This document shows, in pieces, positions 24,301-37,449 of a DNA stretch of 64,000 bases. Each line of letters opens with the position of its first letter. Positions within the stretch are counted from its first letter, which is position 1. Made by a program: the position numbers and the translations under genes. The notes below the pieces were generated by a model, which was not told the origin of the DNA, ran no database searches, and saw nothing but the letters and a program-made list of their open reading frames with translations. Source of the DNA: Octopus bimaculoides (taxonomy: Eukaryota); NCBI RefSeq assembly GCF_001194135.2, contig NC_068992.1:27167278-27231277 (forward strand), written 5' to 3'.

Positions 24301-25009
24301 AGAAAGTTAGAGGTTGTGAATCCAACCAACTATGGGATAATATCTATCCAATATACTGCTGGTAGAATACCCAATTATTATTACACAAGTGTTTTTTCAT
24401 TGCATGACAATTACATTACCAAGTGTAATAAATGGATATATGTATGTATATATATATATGTATGTATGTAACAATTACAGCGTGGAAAATACATGTTTGC
24501 CATTCATACCACACGATGTCTGTTAACTTCTGTTGTTACAATTTTCGTCGCACCAACTGTAACCTGACTATTGATGCAATTCCTCCACATATCAAACACT
24601 ATCAGAGAATCTTTCTTGTTTTATCACTGATAACATCGTCACAATTTCTGTCTTCTTTAGTACAACCTTTTTAGAAATCAATCGGAACCAACGTGTAATT
24701 ATCGCCACAATCGTAAATCATCCGCAGAAAGCATTTACATACTTTACAAACAAAGCATAGAACGGATAATTTCACTCCCGATGCATCATGTCCACATAGA
24801 GGATGGGTTGTTTAAGATTGTAATGCCTTTGACCATATATCTACTTGCTTTGATTCTTCACTTTTTTTATACTTAATAGTTCTTGTGTTCTTAATAGTTC
24901 TTAATAGTTCTAGATATCAGGCCTCCTTGATATCTAGTGAATATGATGGTTTGAAAGAAGGTCCTGTAGCTTTTCAAGATGAGAAAACGACAAATGTTTC
25001 TTTGGTCTT

Positions 25010-25960
25010 AATTGATATATTAAATCAAGACAATATTTCCTCTCATTACTGATAACGTAATCCCAACTATTTGACAAGGTGTTGATCTCTCGGGCAAAAC
25101 ATTCTTCAGGTTTCGAAGCAAAGAAACGCTCAGTTTATAAACTGAAAAGAAACTAAAAAGTTATTAGTCGGGAGAGTTAGGGAGATGCAACAAAACTTCC
25201 AATTCAGTGACATAGTGTTTTTCTGGGTGACTTGGGCAATAGGTGATCTTGCAAAATCGTGTAAGAGCAACTCGCTTTACGATTGACCAATGATGGACGC
25301 TTCTCATTCAAATTTTTGTGCAGTACTTCCAAGGACGACAATGCTTCTCCGCATCAGTTGTTTCGTTTTGGCTCAGCACTTCATGACAGTCGACACTCTT
25401 CATATCCTATCAAACACGGAGTATAACATTTTTGGGTGTAGTTCTAGCTTGGGGATGGATTCTCCTTTTTCATTGTATGTGATTATAGGGAAACTATTTT
25501 TCATAACTTGAGATGATTCTACCCAGGAAAGATTCGACAGCAATTCTACTCTTCAATGACAAGCAGAGCAGAAGTCAATATTTTTTAGTTAAGCTGAGAA
25601 GCAGTTAGATGATGAGAGACCCATTAACCAAGTCTAGACACTTCTAATTCGTGAAGGCATTTTAAGATCGACGTGTAACTTAAGTTTAATTGTTTTGTTA
25701 ATTTTCGTGCAGCTTGCTTTGGATTTTCCTCACATATGGTTTTCAGAAGCTCAATATTGACAGAACTTTGTCATTCAAACAGAGATGGCTCTGCGAGAAA
25801 AATATTTGTGGAGCAAAATTGACCAAACCATTGTTGGCATGTCCAGGTACTTAATGTTTCATTTCCATAGACATAATGACTATTTTTGGCAGCTTTCATT
25901 GCTGGGGAGCCCACTTTGGATTCATACAGCATGCAGTGTCTGAAACAGGTTTGATATAAG
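25010..25960 (-). pseudogene. Decayed mariner transposase, nearly full length
   Basis: Minus strand gives RHCMLYESK.G..A.KAA...YG....S..TCQQWF (N-terminal HTH), LG*WVSH (WVPH motif), FLGRIISSYEK* (I.TGDEKW) and EVLLHLPNSPD (HPPYSPD motif). Many stops. Confidence 0.8.
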
Positions 25961-26513
25961 CTAATTTTAAAGGAGTAAAATCGTTGAGAAACTAACCACT
26001 ATGGTATACAGTAATTTGGAAAGCAACAGAAAACATTAGAATATAAAATTAAATGCTTATTTTACCGTTAAGTATTGAAAAAGTACTGTCATAATAATCA
26101 TGTCAAAAATACAAGACTTTCTTTCTAACCAAACATTTCTGAAAATATTTACTTTTATTATAATAAAATCATTTATGCGTTTTCTTTTATTTAAATCTCT
26201 TTTCGTGGGGTGAAATATTTTATACATTATTTAATTACGTTATTGTATAGATAAAGGATTATATATATATACACAGTTCTTTAATGTCATCTTCATCGCT
26301 GTTGTTATTGCTGCTGCTGCTGCTTCTGTTGTTGTTGTTGTTGTTGTTGTTAGACACAAGTGGAGTTAAATGACTTAGAACGTATCAAGTGAAGTATGAC
26401 AAAAAAATATATAAAAATATACCATGGCTGGTTGCATACATTTCATTGACTTTTAAGACGAATCCAAAATGAAAATATAATATATTTGTCAATGGTCGTT
26501 TAATAATGATTAT

Positions 26514-26572
<59 letters not shown>

Positions 26573-26714
26573 TGATAAAGTCTAAAACTGTTTCTTTATG
26601 TTTTCTTTCTATAAAGTGTATCGATACTGTTGGTATTGATTTGTTTAGTATATAAGGTCGACTGTTTTCAAAAAGTAATACAATACTGATATTAAGCAGT
26701 ATACCACTAATATT

Positions 26715-26860
26715 ACGTGGTGAATTGGTAGTATTGGTAGAGCATCGAACAAAAAGGTCTGTAGTATTTGTTTCGGATCCCTGTTCTTTAAATTCAGATC
26801 CCTCTGGGGTAAGTTTTGCCTCTCACCTTTTCGGGACGAAAAAAATTACCAGTACCAGGG
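26715..26860 (+). mobile_element. SINE family C, diverged
   Basis: tgaattggtag.attggtagagca...ttcagatccctctggggtaagttttgcctctcacc.tttcgggacgaaaaaaattaccagtacca. Confidence 0.65.
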
Positions 26861-26869
26861 TCGGTCCTC

Positions 26870-26902
<33 letters not shown>

Positions 26903-27469
26903 CTTTTAGATTTCTTTCTCGCATTGTGTAAACTGGTTCGACCTGAGAATTGTGTTAAAGGTACACACGTTTGTGGAATATTCAGTTGCTTACACATTAA
27001 TTTCATGAATACGAATTCGGTTAGTTCAATGATTGAACGTTCACTGTTGATATAACTAATAATATTATTAATTTTTCCAATAAATACTGAGAGAGCAAAA
27101 ATAAACATGGCAGTGGGCTTAATACGACGTAAACATTCTTATTAATATCTACTCTGATGCTATGAAAATGACCGTGCAAATCTTTTTATTGGTTATCTGA
27201 ATTGGTTAAGATCCTACAGTGATGAACCTCACCATAAGTTAAACCACTTTGAACTTAAACCACTTCCATAATACACTGGGTATTCCGCCATCAGAGACAA
27301 GGTGAGTATGTTTAAAAGGAAGGTGTTTGTCCTACATTTCTGTAAAAGCTGTTACATGTGTAAAAACAGCATCACTGTCAATGCCAAGATTGTTCTGGCT
27401 TAAATGCAAAGCTTGAACCTGTTACTTAACGCCTAAATACGCGGATACGTAGCCTATTATGCATACATA

Positions 27470-27903
27470 GGCGCAAGTGTGGCTATGTTTTGAGCTTGCT
27501 TCCTGATCACATGGTTCCAAGTTCAGTCCCATTACATGGCACCGTCACCAAGTGTCTTATACTATAGCCTCGAGTCGACCAAAGTTTTGTGAGTGGATTT
27601 GGTAGACGGAAACTGAAAGAAGCCCATTGTATACGTGTGTGTGTGTGCGCGTGTGTGTGCGTGTGTGTGTTTATGAGTGTGTTTATATGTGTGTTCATAT
27701 ACGTGTGTTTATGTGTGCGCGTGTGTGTCTTTATGTCTGTGTTTGTCCCCCGTCACCGCTTGACAACCGGTGTTGGTGTGTTTATGTCCCCCTAAAGATA
27801 CCGTTAGAATAAGTATCAGGTTTAGTACTGCGGTCGATTCCTACGACTAAATATTTTTCATGGTGGTGTCCCAGCATAGCCGCAAGTAAAAGATAAAAGA
27901 TAC
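27470..27903 (+). mobile_element. SINE family A, near full length
   Basis: Head, CORE-like segment, central (GT)n and 3' half all align with the other copies. Confidence 0.85.
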
Positions 27904-28139
27904 GAGCAGCAAGGAATATTGATGGGGGTGGCCATTCTAGTCAAAACTTTCGTTAAGTGCAAACATAGAAGGTTCGATATAATTGTTTTGGAGAGAAGAT
28001 AAATATCGTGTGCCCTTATAGGGGTCAGCTTCTCTGTAGATGTGATTATTTTTTCCAAAATTAGTGAATAAGAAATTATTTGTGAGCAAATCAAATAGCA
28101 GGTTCATTCTCTTTATTCAAGCCAGAGCAGACGTAGCTT

Positions 28140-28436
28140 TGGTAGACGGAAACTGAAAGAAGCCCGTCGTATATGTGTGTATGTGCATGTGTATGTGTGT
28201 GTGTATGTGTGTATGTGTGTGTCTTTATATCTGTGTTTGTCCCGCGTCAACGCTTGACAACCGGTGCTGATGTGTTTACGTCCCCATAACTTAGTGATTC
28301 GGCAAAAGAGATCTATTGAATAAGCACTAGACTTAAAATATATGTCTTACGGTCAATTTGTTCCACTAAAACCCTTCAGGGTGGTGCTCCAGCATGGCTG
28401 CAGTCCAATTACTGAAACAAGAAAAAGGTAAAAGAG
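28140..28436 (+). mobile_element. SINE family A, 5'-truncated
   Basis: ggtagacggaaactgaaagaagcccgtcg...ggtgctccagcatggctgcagtc. Confidence 0.85.
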
Positions 28437-28456
28437 GGATATATGCATACTGTATG

Positions 28457-28757
28457 ACGGAGCGTGGCTCATTGATCAAGGTATTCGGCTCACGATCTCA
28501 AGGTTGTTTTTTCGGTTCCCAGAGTAAGACACGTTAGTTTTCATTGCTCCAATCCACACAGCTGGCAAAAGGGGTTTTACCTGTAATTCAAAAGGCCAGT
28601 CTTTTCACATTTGGTGTCACGCTGAATTTCCCTGAGAACTCCGTTAAAGGTACTCCTGTCTGTGGAGTGCTCAGCCACTTATACACTAATTTTACGAGCA
28701 AGCTATTCTGTTGATCAGATCAACTGAAACCCTCGTCGTCGTAACCGACGGAGTGCT
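28457..28757 (+). mobile_element. SINE family B variant
   Basis: ctcacgatc..aggttg... head; cacgctgaat.tccctgagaact.cgttaa.ggta...ctgtggagtgctcagccactt...cgtaaccgacggagtg tail. Confidence 0.8.
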
Positions 28758-29012
28758 ATATATATATATATGCATACACATAAATATATCAATGCAAGCA
28801 TACATATATGCAAATACATGCACACAACAAATGCTTGGAAGGAAAAAGATGCTGCATACAGAGGTAAAAATTAATGCTTCTCCAGCCATTTAATTGCTGA
28901 TTGGTTCAATTATTCGATCGATAACAATATCTAGAGATTGAAGTGGCTGAATGTCAGAGACATACGTAATTTTAAATTAATTCTTCCAGATCTTTGTTCT
29001 GTATATACACGA

Positions 29013-29054
<42 letters not shown>

Positions 29055-30129
29055 GGCAGGAATGGCAACAAAAGAAAGAAAGAGATCTCGATATTATGCA
29101 AATAGAGGAATGTATCTGTAAAAATATGTGACACTTATTCAGTAGCCATGNNNNNNNNNNNNNNNNNNNNNNNNNNNNNNNNNNNNNNNNNNNNNNNNNN
29201 NNNNNNNNNNNNNNNNNNNNNNNNNNNNNNNNNNNNNNNNNNNNNNNNNNNNNNNNNNNNNNNNNNNNNNNNNNNNNNNNNNNNNNNNNNNNNNNNNNNN
29301 NNNNNNNNNNNNNNNNNNNNNNNNNNNNNNNNNNNNNNNNNNNNNNNNNNNNNNNNNNNNNNNNNNNNNNNNNNNNNNNNNNNNNNNNNNNNNNNNNNNN
29401 NNNNNNNNNNNNNNNNNNNNNNNNNNNNNNNNNNNNNNNNNNNNNNNNNNNNNNNNNNNNNNNNNNNNNNNNNNNNNNNNNNNNNNNNNNNNNNNNNNNN
29501 NNNNNNNNNNNNNNNNNNNNNNNNNNNNNNNNNNNNNNNNNNNNNNNNNNNNNNNNNNNNNNNNNNNNNNNNNNNNNNNNNNNNNNNNNNNNNNNNNNNN
29601 NNNNNNNNNNNNNNNNNNNNNNNNNNNNNNNNNNNNNNNNNATATATATATATATATGTACGTCAACCAATAAGTGAAAAGGTTAGTCCTTTAATTCAAA
29701 GGCAGAAATATAGGATGGGCTTCTACACAGTTTTTGTCTACCTGTACGATACGGTTTCACACATGTGATACAGGCATTTGAAAGAACTCCGATTACTGGA
29801 GATTATCATTGCAAATAGTTGAGGTGGAAATTCCTTCCAAACGAGTTTGAAATATGAAACACAGGCAAGAGAGATGACTCTAATAAACGAAATTTTCAGC
29901 AAAGGCGATGCAACTAAGGTGAATATTCTATCAATACAAATTCATTCACAAAACGCTGGTGTATCCAATGTTACGGTATTAGATACTTGCCTCATGTGCA
30001 ACGAAGTAGTATCGAACATGAAATTCTTTGATTCTCAACCAATATTGTTAACCTTATTGCCATGTACATACGGCTATTCAGATATAGAGTGATGCAAAAT
30101 ATAATACACGGACCGTAAAGGAAATCATT

Positions 30130-30133
30130 GACT

Positions 30134-30220
<87 letters not shown>

Positions 30221-30417
30221 CGATAGACAGACGGACAGACTGACAGAGAATTTCTGTTTATGTAAACAAACATACAGACAGATATAAATATATGTATATA
30301 TACATATATAATGAATACATACACACACATATGTGCGTACATGCATATATATACACCAAGACATACATACATACACACGTATAGAGACACACATACATAC
30401 ATACATGCAAATATACA

Positions 30418-30449
<32 letters not shown>

Positions 30450-30650
30450 CAGACACATACACACATACATATATAGAAGTACATGCATATATACATATAC
30501 ACATATGTTCATACATACAATACACACATGCATGCATACATACATGCATACATACGTACATGCATAATAACACACAAATACACACATACATAAACATACA
30601 TACACACACACATACATACATACATACATACATACATACATACATACATG
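30130..30650. repeat. Compound (GA)/(GACA)/(TACA)n low-complexity tract
   Basis: Direct reading; it is the source of several spurious ORFs. Confidence 0.95.
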
Positions 30651-30803
30651 CGTAATGATTACCTTCAGCATAACTACTGTTGAAGTAATTAATGCGTAAT
30701 AACATTTTTCACTGCGCCCTTTGCTCTGTCAAGAAAAGCTATAAAAAAGAAAGCATTCAATTTCTCTCTCTCCATCCTCTCTCTTTCTCACTCTCTGTCT
30801 CTA

Positions 30804-30835
<32 letters not shown>

Positions 30836-31023
30836 TTCCGGACTAACAGACAATTACCTTTATTTTTATTTCGTCAAATACGACATCGGTTATAGAGTGC
30901 AGATGTCAGAACACTTGATGCTAAACGCAATTTATTTCCCATGCCAACGAAACATTATTTTCTTCCATCCTAAGAATTTATAAAATTGTGGTTTGTGGTT
31001 TGTCGCAGTCCATTAGAGAGATT

Positions 31024-31059
<36 letters not shown>

Positions 31060-31682
31060 CATACATACATACATACATACATACATACATACATACATAC
31101 ATACATACATAGACAGATAGATATGTGTGTGTGTATGTGGATACATACATACACACACAAACGTGCGCACGCACACACACACACAAATATATTTCCGTAT
31201 ACATAAATATATATATATATTTAAGAATACGTTTATATGTTTCCGTATATATAAATATATATATATACACACGCATATGTACCAATGTACAGATCTTTGT
31301 CCGAATACAAATACACATACACACATATATGTATGCTTACGCACACATGCTCACAATTCAATATGGCGACAAGATGAACTGGATATTCAGGTAGTGTAAG
31401 AAAAAGTTATATAAGTCTTGAAAATTGTGATCAATTCTATACCCGTCCAATCATAGAGAATTAAAGATATCTATCATGAGATATAAAATTCTCTGACCAC
31501 CTGATTATTGTACACGTACGTATAGTAAATACATAGAAAATAAAAGGATATATATGTAATAGTATAGATGTGTGTGAGCCTCTGCTTGTGCATTTATAAA
31601 CATATATACATACATATATATATACATTTATAGACATATATACATACATATATATACATATACATACATATATATATACATT

Positions 31683-31755
<73 letters not shown>

Positions 31756-32539
31756 TTCACGAAACGTTTGTGTTTGAAGATACAAAAAGTAAAATATACA
31801 CTCATTACACGTAATAGAGTATATTTTAGTTTAATATATAAACTCATAGCATCGTGTGCTTATCAGAGAAAACTCCTGTAGCAGACTCCGCTAACAGACC
31901 ACATAGTAATCCAATACAGAGGCGTATATTGCAGACTTCCATGCAGTTGAAATCTAGGAGAACTGACCGGTGAAATTATTTCACGAGGAGTAAATAAACT
32001 ATAGAAAGTCAGGAGGTATGAAAGGTGAATAAATTGCTTACATGTCTACACTAATACGTATTCTACACATTTGTTGTTCTGGATGTAAGTCTTCTTTCAT
32101 CTTAACTCAAATTTCTCCTTCATCATTAAACCACACATGATTTTAAATAACGAAAAAAATAAGGAAAAATTACGAAAACTTTAGAAACTGAAATCACCGA
32201 AACCGGATCCAGGTCAGTTAAATATGACTTTTTTCCTACACTGCAAAAAAAAACCCTTTTAGCTGCAAAACTCATAAAGATATGTACTAATACCTTTTTC
32301 TATACAAAAGACTCAAAGTAACATCTGGCTACTTATTTTTGCTTGTTCCCATATATTTATATTAATTATATGTTAAACTCACCTTAAAAACATGTATACC
32401 AATATAATTTAAGTTGAACTACGATACAAAAACATTTATTCTGTGAAAACGTATAGTTGTTTTTATTTTTCATACGTATGAATAAATATAATAACATTTT
32501 TCTCCATTTGTTTCAATTGCACAATATATATATTTTTGT

Positions 32540-32835
32540 TAAGGCGCATGGCTTTGTGGCTAGGATATTGCATGCACGATCGCGAGATCGTGGGTTCGAT
32601 TCCCACACCGGGCGTTGCATTGTGTTCTTGAGCAAAGCACTTCATTTCACGTTGCTCTACAATCATTTTGTCATCTAACATGTGGCACACGGTGCACCTG
32701 TAGAGGTAATGTCGATTTCATGGCGGAAATGAGCTTATGTGAAAACAATCATTTGATCACTATAAACAAATTATCTGTGTGGTTGTTCAACAAGAAATTG
32801 CCGAACCCTCATACGTCGTCTAACTGAAGAATCCA
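32540..32835 (+). mobile_element. SINE family B-related element with a different 3' part
   Basis: ggcgcatggct..gtgg.tagg.tattgc..cacgatcgcgagatcgtgggttcgattcccacaccgggcg (B box GTTCGATTC) and ttgagcaaagcacttcatttcacgttgctc. Confidence 0.75.
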
Positions 32836-33031
32836 TTATATATGTGTGTGTGTGTGTGTGTGAGAGAGGGGGGGGGGGATTCTGATGTATTTTTAATTTT
32901 TTGGTAATATTTTTCATGTGTGTGTGTGGGCATGCGCGCCTATGCATGCAATGCTTGCATGCATGTATGTATGTATGTATGTATGTATGTATGTATGTAT
33001 GTATGTATGTATAACCTAGAAATTTCAGGAT

Positions 33032-33905
33032 TTGGGAACTTGTGATTGCGAAGTTGGGCATGTCTATACGGGATATTTAGATATTATTGGAAATCAGGAT
33101 TTGATGAGGATTATGGGGGATGGTACAAAATACAAGGAACCGCATAGGATAGGTAGATATATATTAGAGGAGATTATTTTAAAATCAATTAACGATTGCA
33201 TGGTTATGTCTTGAATACAAAGTTAAACTGGCGGAATTTGAATACTGGGGGAAAAGAGTTATCAGTTTGTCACCGGAACGTATTCGAAGGATAAAAGAGA
33301 CGACAGGAAGTAAATCTGTTTTAAATAAACCTGACGTTAAGATTTACGAGGGGATTACTGAAAAGTTCCTGGCTTTAAGGGTATCGCGAAAGACCTGGTT
33401 GGAGGCCCAACCTGCCGAGTTCTTTTACAGGGCTTAGAAAAACTGAAGGACCGCTGCAATATGTGTTTGAATCTGAGAGGGTATTGTGTTGAATAAAATC
33501 CTAATTAACTGATCCTTCTGTATTTTCTTGTACCAAAAGTCAGGAACTTTTCAGCACCCTCTAGTATATTAGTGCGTCGTGTAAGTACGTTATAGTACCG
33601 GTGAATTAAGTAGCAGTAATTTTGTTATCTGTAAAACGGATTATCTAGTGGTATTAAGTTATAAATTGGGATTAGGTTGTGACTTTAGCTTTAAAAGAAA
33701 TAGTACATATATGGTTGTACATGATAACGCTAACAGGGTGATAAGAAATTGACACCTGAGATAGCAAAGTTGAGTGTTTCCAACGTGGAAGAGAAAGATA
33801 TCGTTATCCCTAAGTATTTTTGGATTCAAAAATTACACATGGTCTCATATAAAGCTAGAATTATTGCAGGTGCCAGAAAATGTCCTAACAAACAGCTGTC
33901 TTTGA
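33032..33905 (+). mobile_element. Penelope-like retroelement fragment (N-terminal part of RT region), interrupted by a mariner MITE
   Basis: GHVYTGYLDIIGNQDL...GDGTKYKEP (family motif GHxxTGDLxIIxNxxLRxLxxKGPKYREP); KYVIVPV..A.N.VIC K.DYL...LG; PKYFWIQKLHMVSYKARIIAGARKCPNKQLS (motif PxxYWxPKxHKxPxxxRFIxxSxxCxTKxLS). Confidence 0.75.
33347..33564 (+). mobile_element. 218 bp mariner-derived MITE, TA TSD
   Basis: TIRs CGAGGGGATTACTGAAAAGTTCCTGGCTTT and AAAGTCAGGAACTTTTCAGCACCCTCTAG, flanked by TA. Internal FFLQGLEKLKDRCNMCLNLRGYCVE* is a mariner transposase C-terminus. Confidence 0.85.
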
Positions 33906-34387
33906 GGCTTAATGAAGTGGTAAGAATGTGAGATTTGCATGTCTGCTCATTAGGCTTTCTCAGTAGCATGTACTCACTGTCAACCGCATGCTAAAACTGA
34001 ATCCGTTACTACTGATATGTAAAAACAGCGCTTACGTAGGACGTTTAGTCAGCCGGACGGCAAATTGCAACACCAGAAATTTGTCTTTTAACGATGTGGC
34101 TATTTTAATCTAATACAATTTCTGTTGTATATGACGGACTTTTAGAAATTAGATAATATCTGAACTTCCATAATTTGTTAATAAATAAATGTTCCTCTCT
34201 GCCCACAGACGAAGGATCTCACTTTCGAATGAACACGAATTTACTGTAATCTATCAAACGAGAAAACATATCCTTGCTGCAATATATTGTTATTGTAATA
34301 GAGAAGCAGGTTTTCTGTATTATATAGACACACATAAACATTTACAGTAAAAGGAAATTGGAGATGGTCTACGTCTATCAAATGTGC

Positions 34388-34880
34388 AAAAATAAAACTC
34401 ATAGAATAATTTCAATCCTGCTTGAAACACCAATATATATACATATTTCTGTGGCACACAAAAATGTGGGACCATTGCTCATAGAACTAGGATGGTGCTG
34501 CTGCTAAATAAAAAGTCTCACGTAACTGTTTAGATAAAGCCACTCATGAACACTATCCAGCAACTGGCTCTCAAACACTCTGTGACCTCGCTGTTCTTTT
34601 TCTATCGTTACTACATTGACTACTACTCTTCTACACCGGTCAGGATCGAGCCATCTCTATTCAAACATTTCCGATTCATTCGACTTTCCTCTTCCCATCA
34701 CCTTTACTCGGCCTTATCCCCGTGCTATGCAATGCACACTACTCCCAGTCCTTACTTTCGAGAACGTGGACCTCTGGATCTCCATTTCTGCTTCCGTATT
34801 ACCCAGAGGTGTTCACGTCCAACGGTTCAAGAGGAATATCAACGGCATCGAACCCGACGGTCTCGCAGCACCTTCAAAAA
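34388..34880 (+). mobile_element. CR1/Zenon-like LINE 3' end, decayed
   Basis: LFFFYRYY....SS and LWISISASVLPRGVHVQRFKRNIN match the C-terminal motifs LSLFYRYYxGxCS and LWNSLPxSVFPxxYNLQxFKxxIN. Confidence 0.65.
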
Positions 34881-36249
34881 GATATGAACACTGCCCCTTC
34901 ATCCAAAACAAGCAAACAAAAATATCTTTAAACGTATTTTATTGAAGCATTCATATTTTCTGTATTTGTTTTCAAGAGTGGCTGCCACGAAATTTGATTG
35001 TCAAAAAGACTGTTGAAAGAAACCAAACAGCATCTGTTTAATCAGTGTCTTGTCAGTCGGTAGTAATTCGGTTGGGTATACTGAGTGAGTTTAAAAGAAA
35101 TATTTCATTACTGAGGCAAGAAATTTTACCTAGTTTATGTTACGTTGTCAATAGTTTAAATAAAATGAAAAAGAAGCTTGAGCATACATCTCATGAGGTT
35201 TCACCGAGAAAAGCGAAGTTCTTTCTGTTTACACTTGTTTTTATACAGAATCTTCTAAAATAATGTTTACCTTCTCTGCATCTCCCAAGACGATATTTTA
35301 ATAATATCAACAACAATGACAACAACTAAATCTCTCGACATTAACATGTAACACAATTTCTGAAACTTCAGACTATAAATTAAATACAGGGAATCATTTG
35401 CTAAAAACTTTAATTATTTGGCTATTTATTCTCTTGTTTATTTTTTGCTCTTATTGATTCCAGATTGTAAACTTAGTTGCTTGGTTAAGTGTATGCCCGG
35501 TTTCTTTACATGGTTGTTTTCTATATGTGAATGCACGTACGTCTGTATGTGTATATAATGATGCGTATGTATAACTGCTTTATAACGTCGGTGTGTTTAT
35601 GTGTGAGTCTTATGTAGGTATGATCTCATTACTATACAATACTGAGAAAAATATAGGTTGATTAAGTTGTTTAGGATGAGGTATATATAATGATATGTCC
35701 ATCTATATGAACTTTTAGACTTATTAGTTTATATGTAAAGTATATTTTGTATGTCCGTGTGTAAGTGTGAATGTTTGTATAATGTGCGACCAAAAGATAC
35801 GCTCAACCATAATGTAATATTATCATAACTAACAGGTCAAGGGACCTTCGTTTGAATTACGTTTCCATTAAAAGCAACGAGATGTAAGGAATGCTTATCT
35901 CGAGGGGACACTGAAACCAATCTGAGATCCATCTAGTGTATCCATGTTATTCTGTGTGTTTTTGTGGCTTAATCCCAGGGCAACTCTAATTGAGGAAACC
36001 TTTGATCGAAAGCACTCCAACTATGATCAACTACTTTTAGGGATATTTCGTAACTACATTACCACCACAAGGTCTAGTCCTTGTTGCCGTGTGGTGGCTT
36101 GTATCACTGATGACCCTGGGAGCAATGCCTGACGAGTGCAAATTCCTAATAGGACGTTCCGTGCAGGATAGATCAACAGACTAATGTGGACCACCTCTTA
36201 GGAGTAAAAATAAGTTTGTGTAAGGCCAGCATTCCTACCCACGTAGAAG

Positions 36250-36600
36250 TGAAGGCACGTGGCTTAGTGGTTAGGGTATTCGACTCACGATCGTAAAGTC
36301 ACAAGTTCGATTCCCGGCAGCGTGTTGTGTCCTTGTGCAAGACACTTTATTTCACGTTGCTTCAATCCACTTAGCTGTCAAAAATGAGTAGTACCTGGAT
36401 TTCAAAGGGTCAATAAAACTCAACTAATATGATTAACTTGTCACATTCTATATCACGCTGAATCTACTTAAGAACTACGTTAAAGGTATGCATGTCTGTG
36501 AAGTTCTCAGTCACTTGGACTTTAATTTCAGTAATTTCAGGAGTAGGCTGTTCCGTTTCAACTGGAACCCTCGTCATCGTTACCGACGGAGTTGAGTTAC
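36250..36600 (+). mobile_element. SINE family B variant
   Basis: ggcacgtggcttagtggttagggtattcgactcacgatcgtaa...agttcgattcccggcag head; caactggaaccctcgtcatcgttaccgacggagt tail. Confidence 0.8.
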
Positions 36601-36679
36601 CTACGTACAACAAAAGCAAACTTATAGAAGCACTGATGACAATTCAAAACCAACAAGACCTGCAGGGAGAAGGCCTTCT

Positions 36680-37004
36680 CTCAGGGCATGGAGATAAAGC
36701 AGCGAAGGTGAAGGGAAGAGGAGAGTCGAATGAATCGGAAATGTTTGAATAAAGATAGCTCGATCCTGGCCAGAGTTGAAAAGTAGAGGCCAATATAGTA
36801 ACGATAGAAAAAAAGTGGTCAGAGTGTTTGGGAGCCAGTAACTGGATAGTGTCCATGGGTGGCTTTATTTAAACAGTCGTGTGACCCTTTTTTATTTAAC
36901 AGCGGCATCATTCTAGTTCTATGAGAAATGGTCCCACATTTTTGTGTGCCACAGAAAGATGTATATATTGGTGTTTCAAGCAGGATTCTATGAGTTTTAT
37001 TTTC
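36680..37004 (-). mobile_element. Second copy of the CR1-like fragment, inverted relative to 34388-34725
   Basis: The reverse complement aligns over about 320 bp with 34388-34725 (atcctgcttgaaacaccaata...ttcaaacatttccgattcattcgact). Confidence 0.8.
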
Positions 37005-37388
37005 TCTCAGGGAAACATGATGCGGCACCCTAACCACTAGGCCATGCGCCCTTACTAGTTAGAGATAATAGTTACATAATGACATGCATCTGAAAAATAC
37101 ACTAAGTTCTATAAGTTACACAGTATTTCCGCGTATTAAATTCCAACCAGACAATGCTCCAATACTGTGGCGAAGAATTTTGTTTGTCAGTTCTCTTTAG
37201 GGTGTATTTGGGAAGGTTTTTAATTTTGTTTATTTTTGTTTTCTTCTCAGTTTTATTCCTTTTTGTCTTATTTGGTATCTTCCTTCTCTTAATTGGTAAT
37301 TAATATCTAGATTTTGATTTTAAGTTCAATTAACTCAACAGGAAACAATTTATCATCTGCGCACATACGTATATACGTGTGCGAACAA

Positions 37389-37449
<61 letters not shown>

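Noticed and set aside
27221-27306. Strong donor AAG|GTGAGT at 27300 with an upstream ctacag acceptor
   Set aside because: All three frames of the 80 nt candidate exon contain stops. It could only be non-coding, and there is no further evidence.
29847-30092. 81 aa non-repetitive ORF
   Set aside because: No recognisable motif or splice context; its length is compatible with chance.
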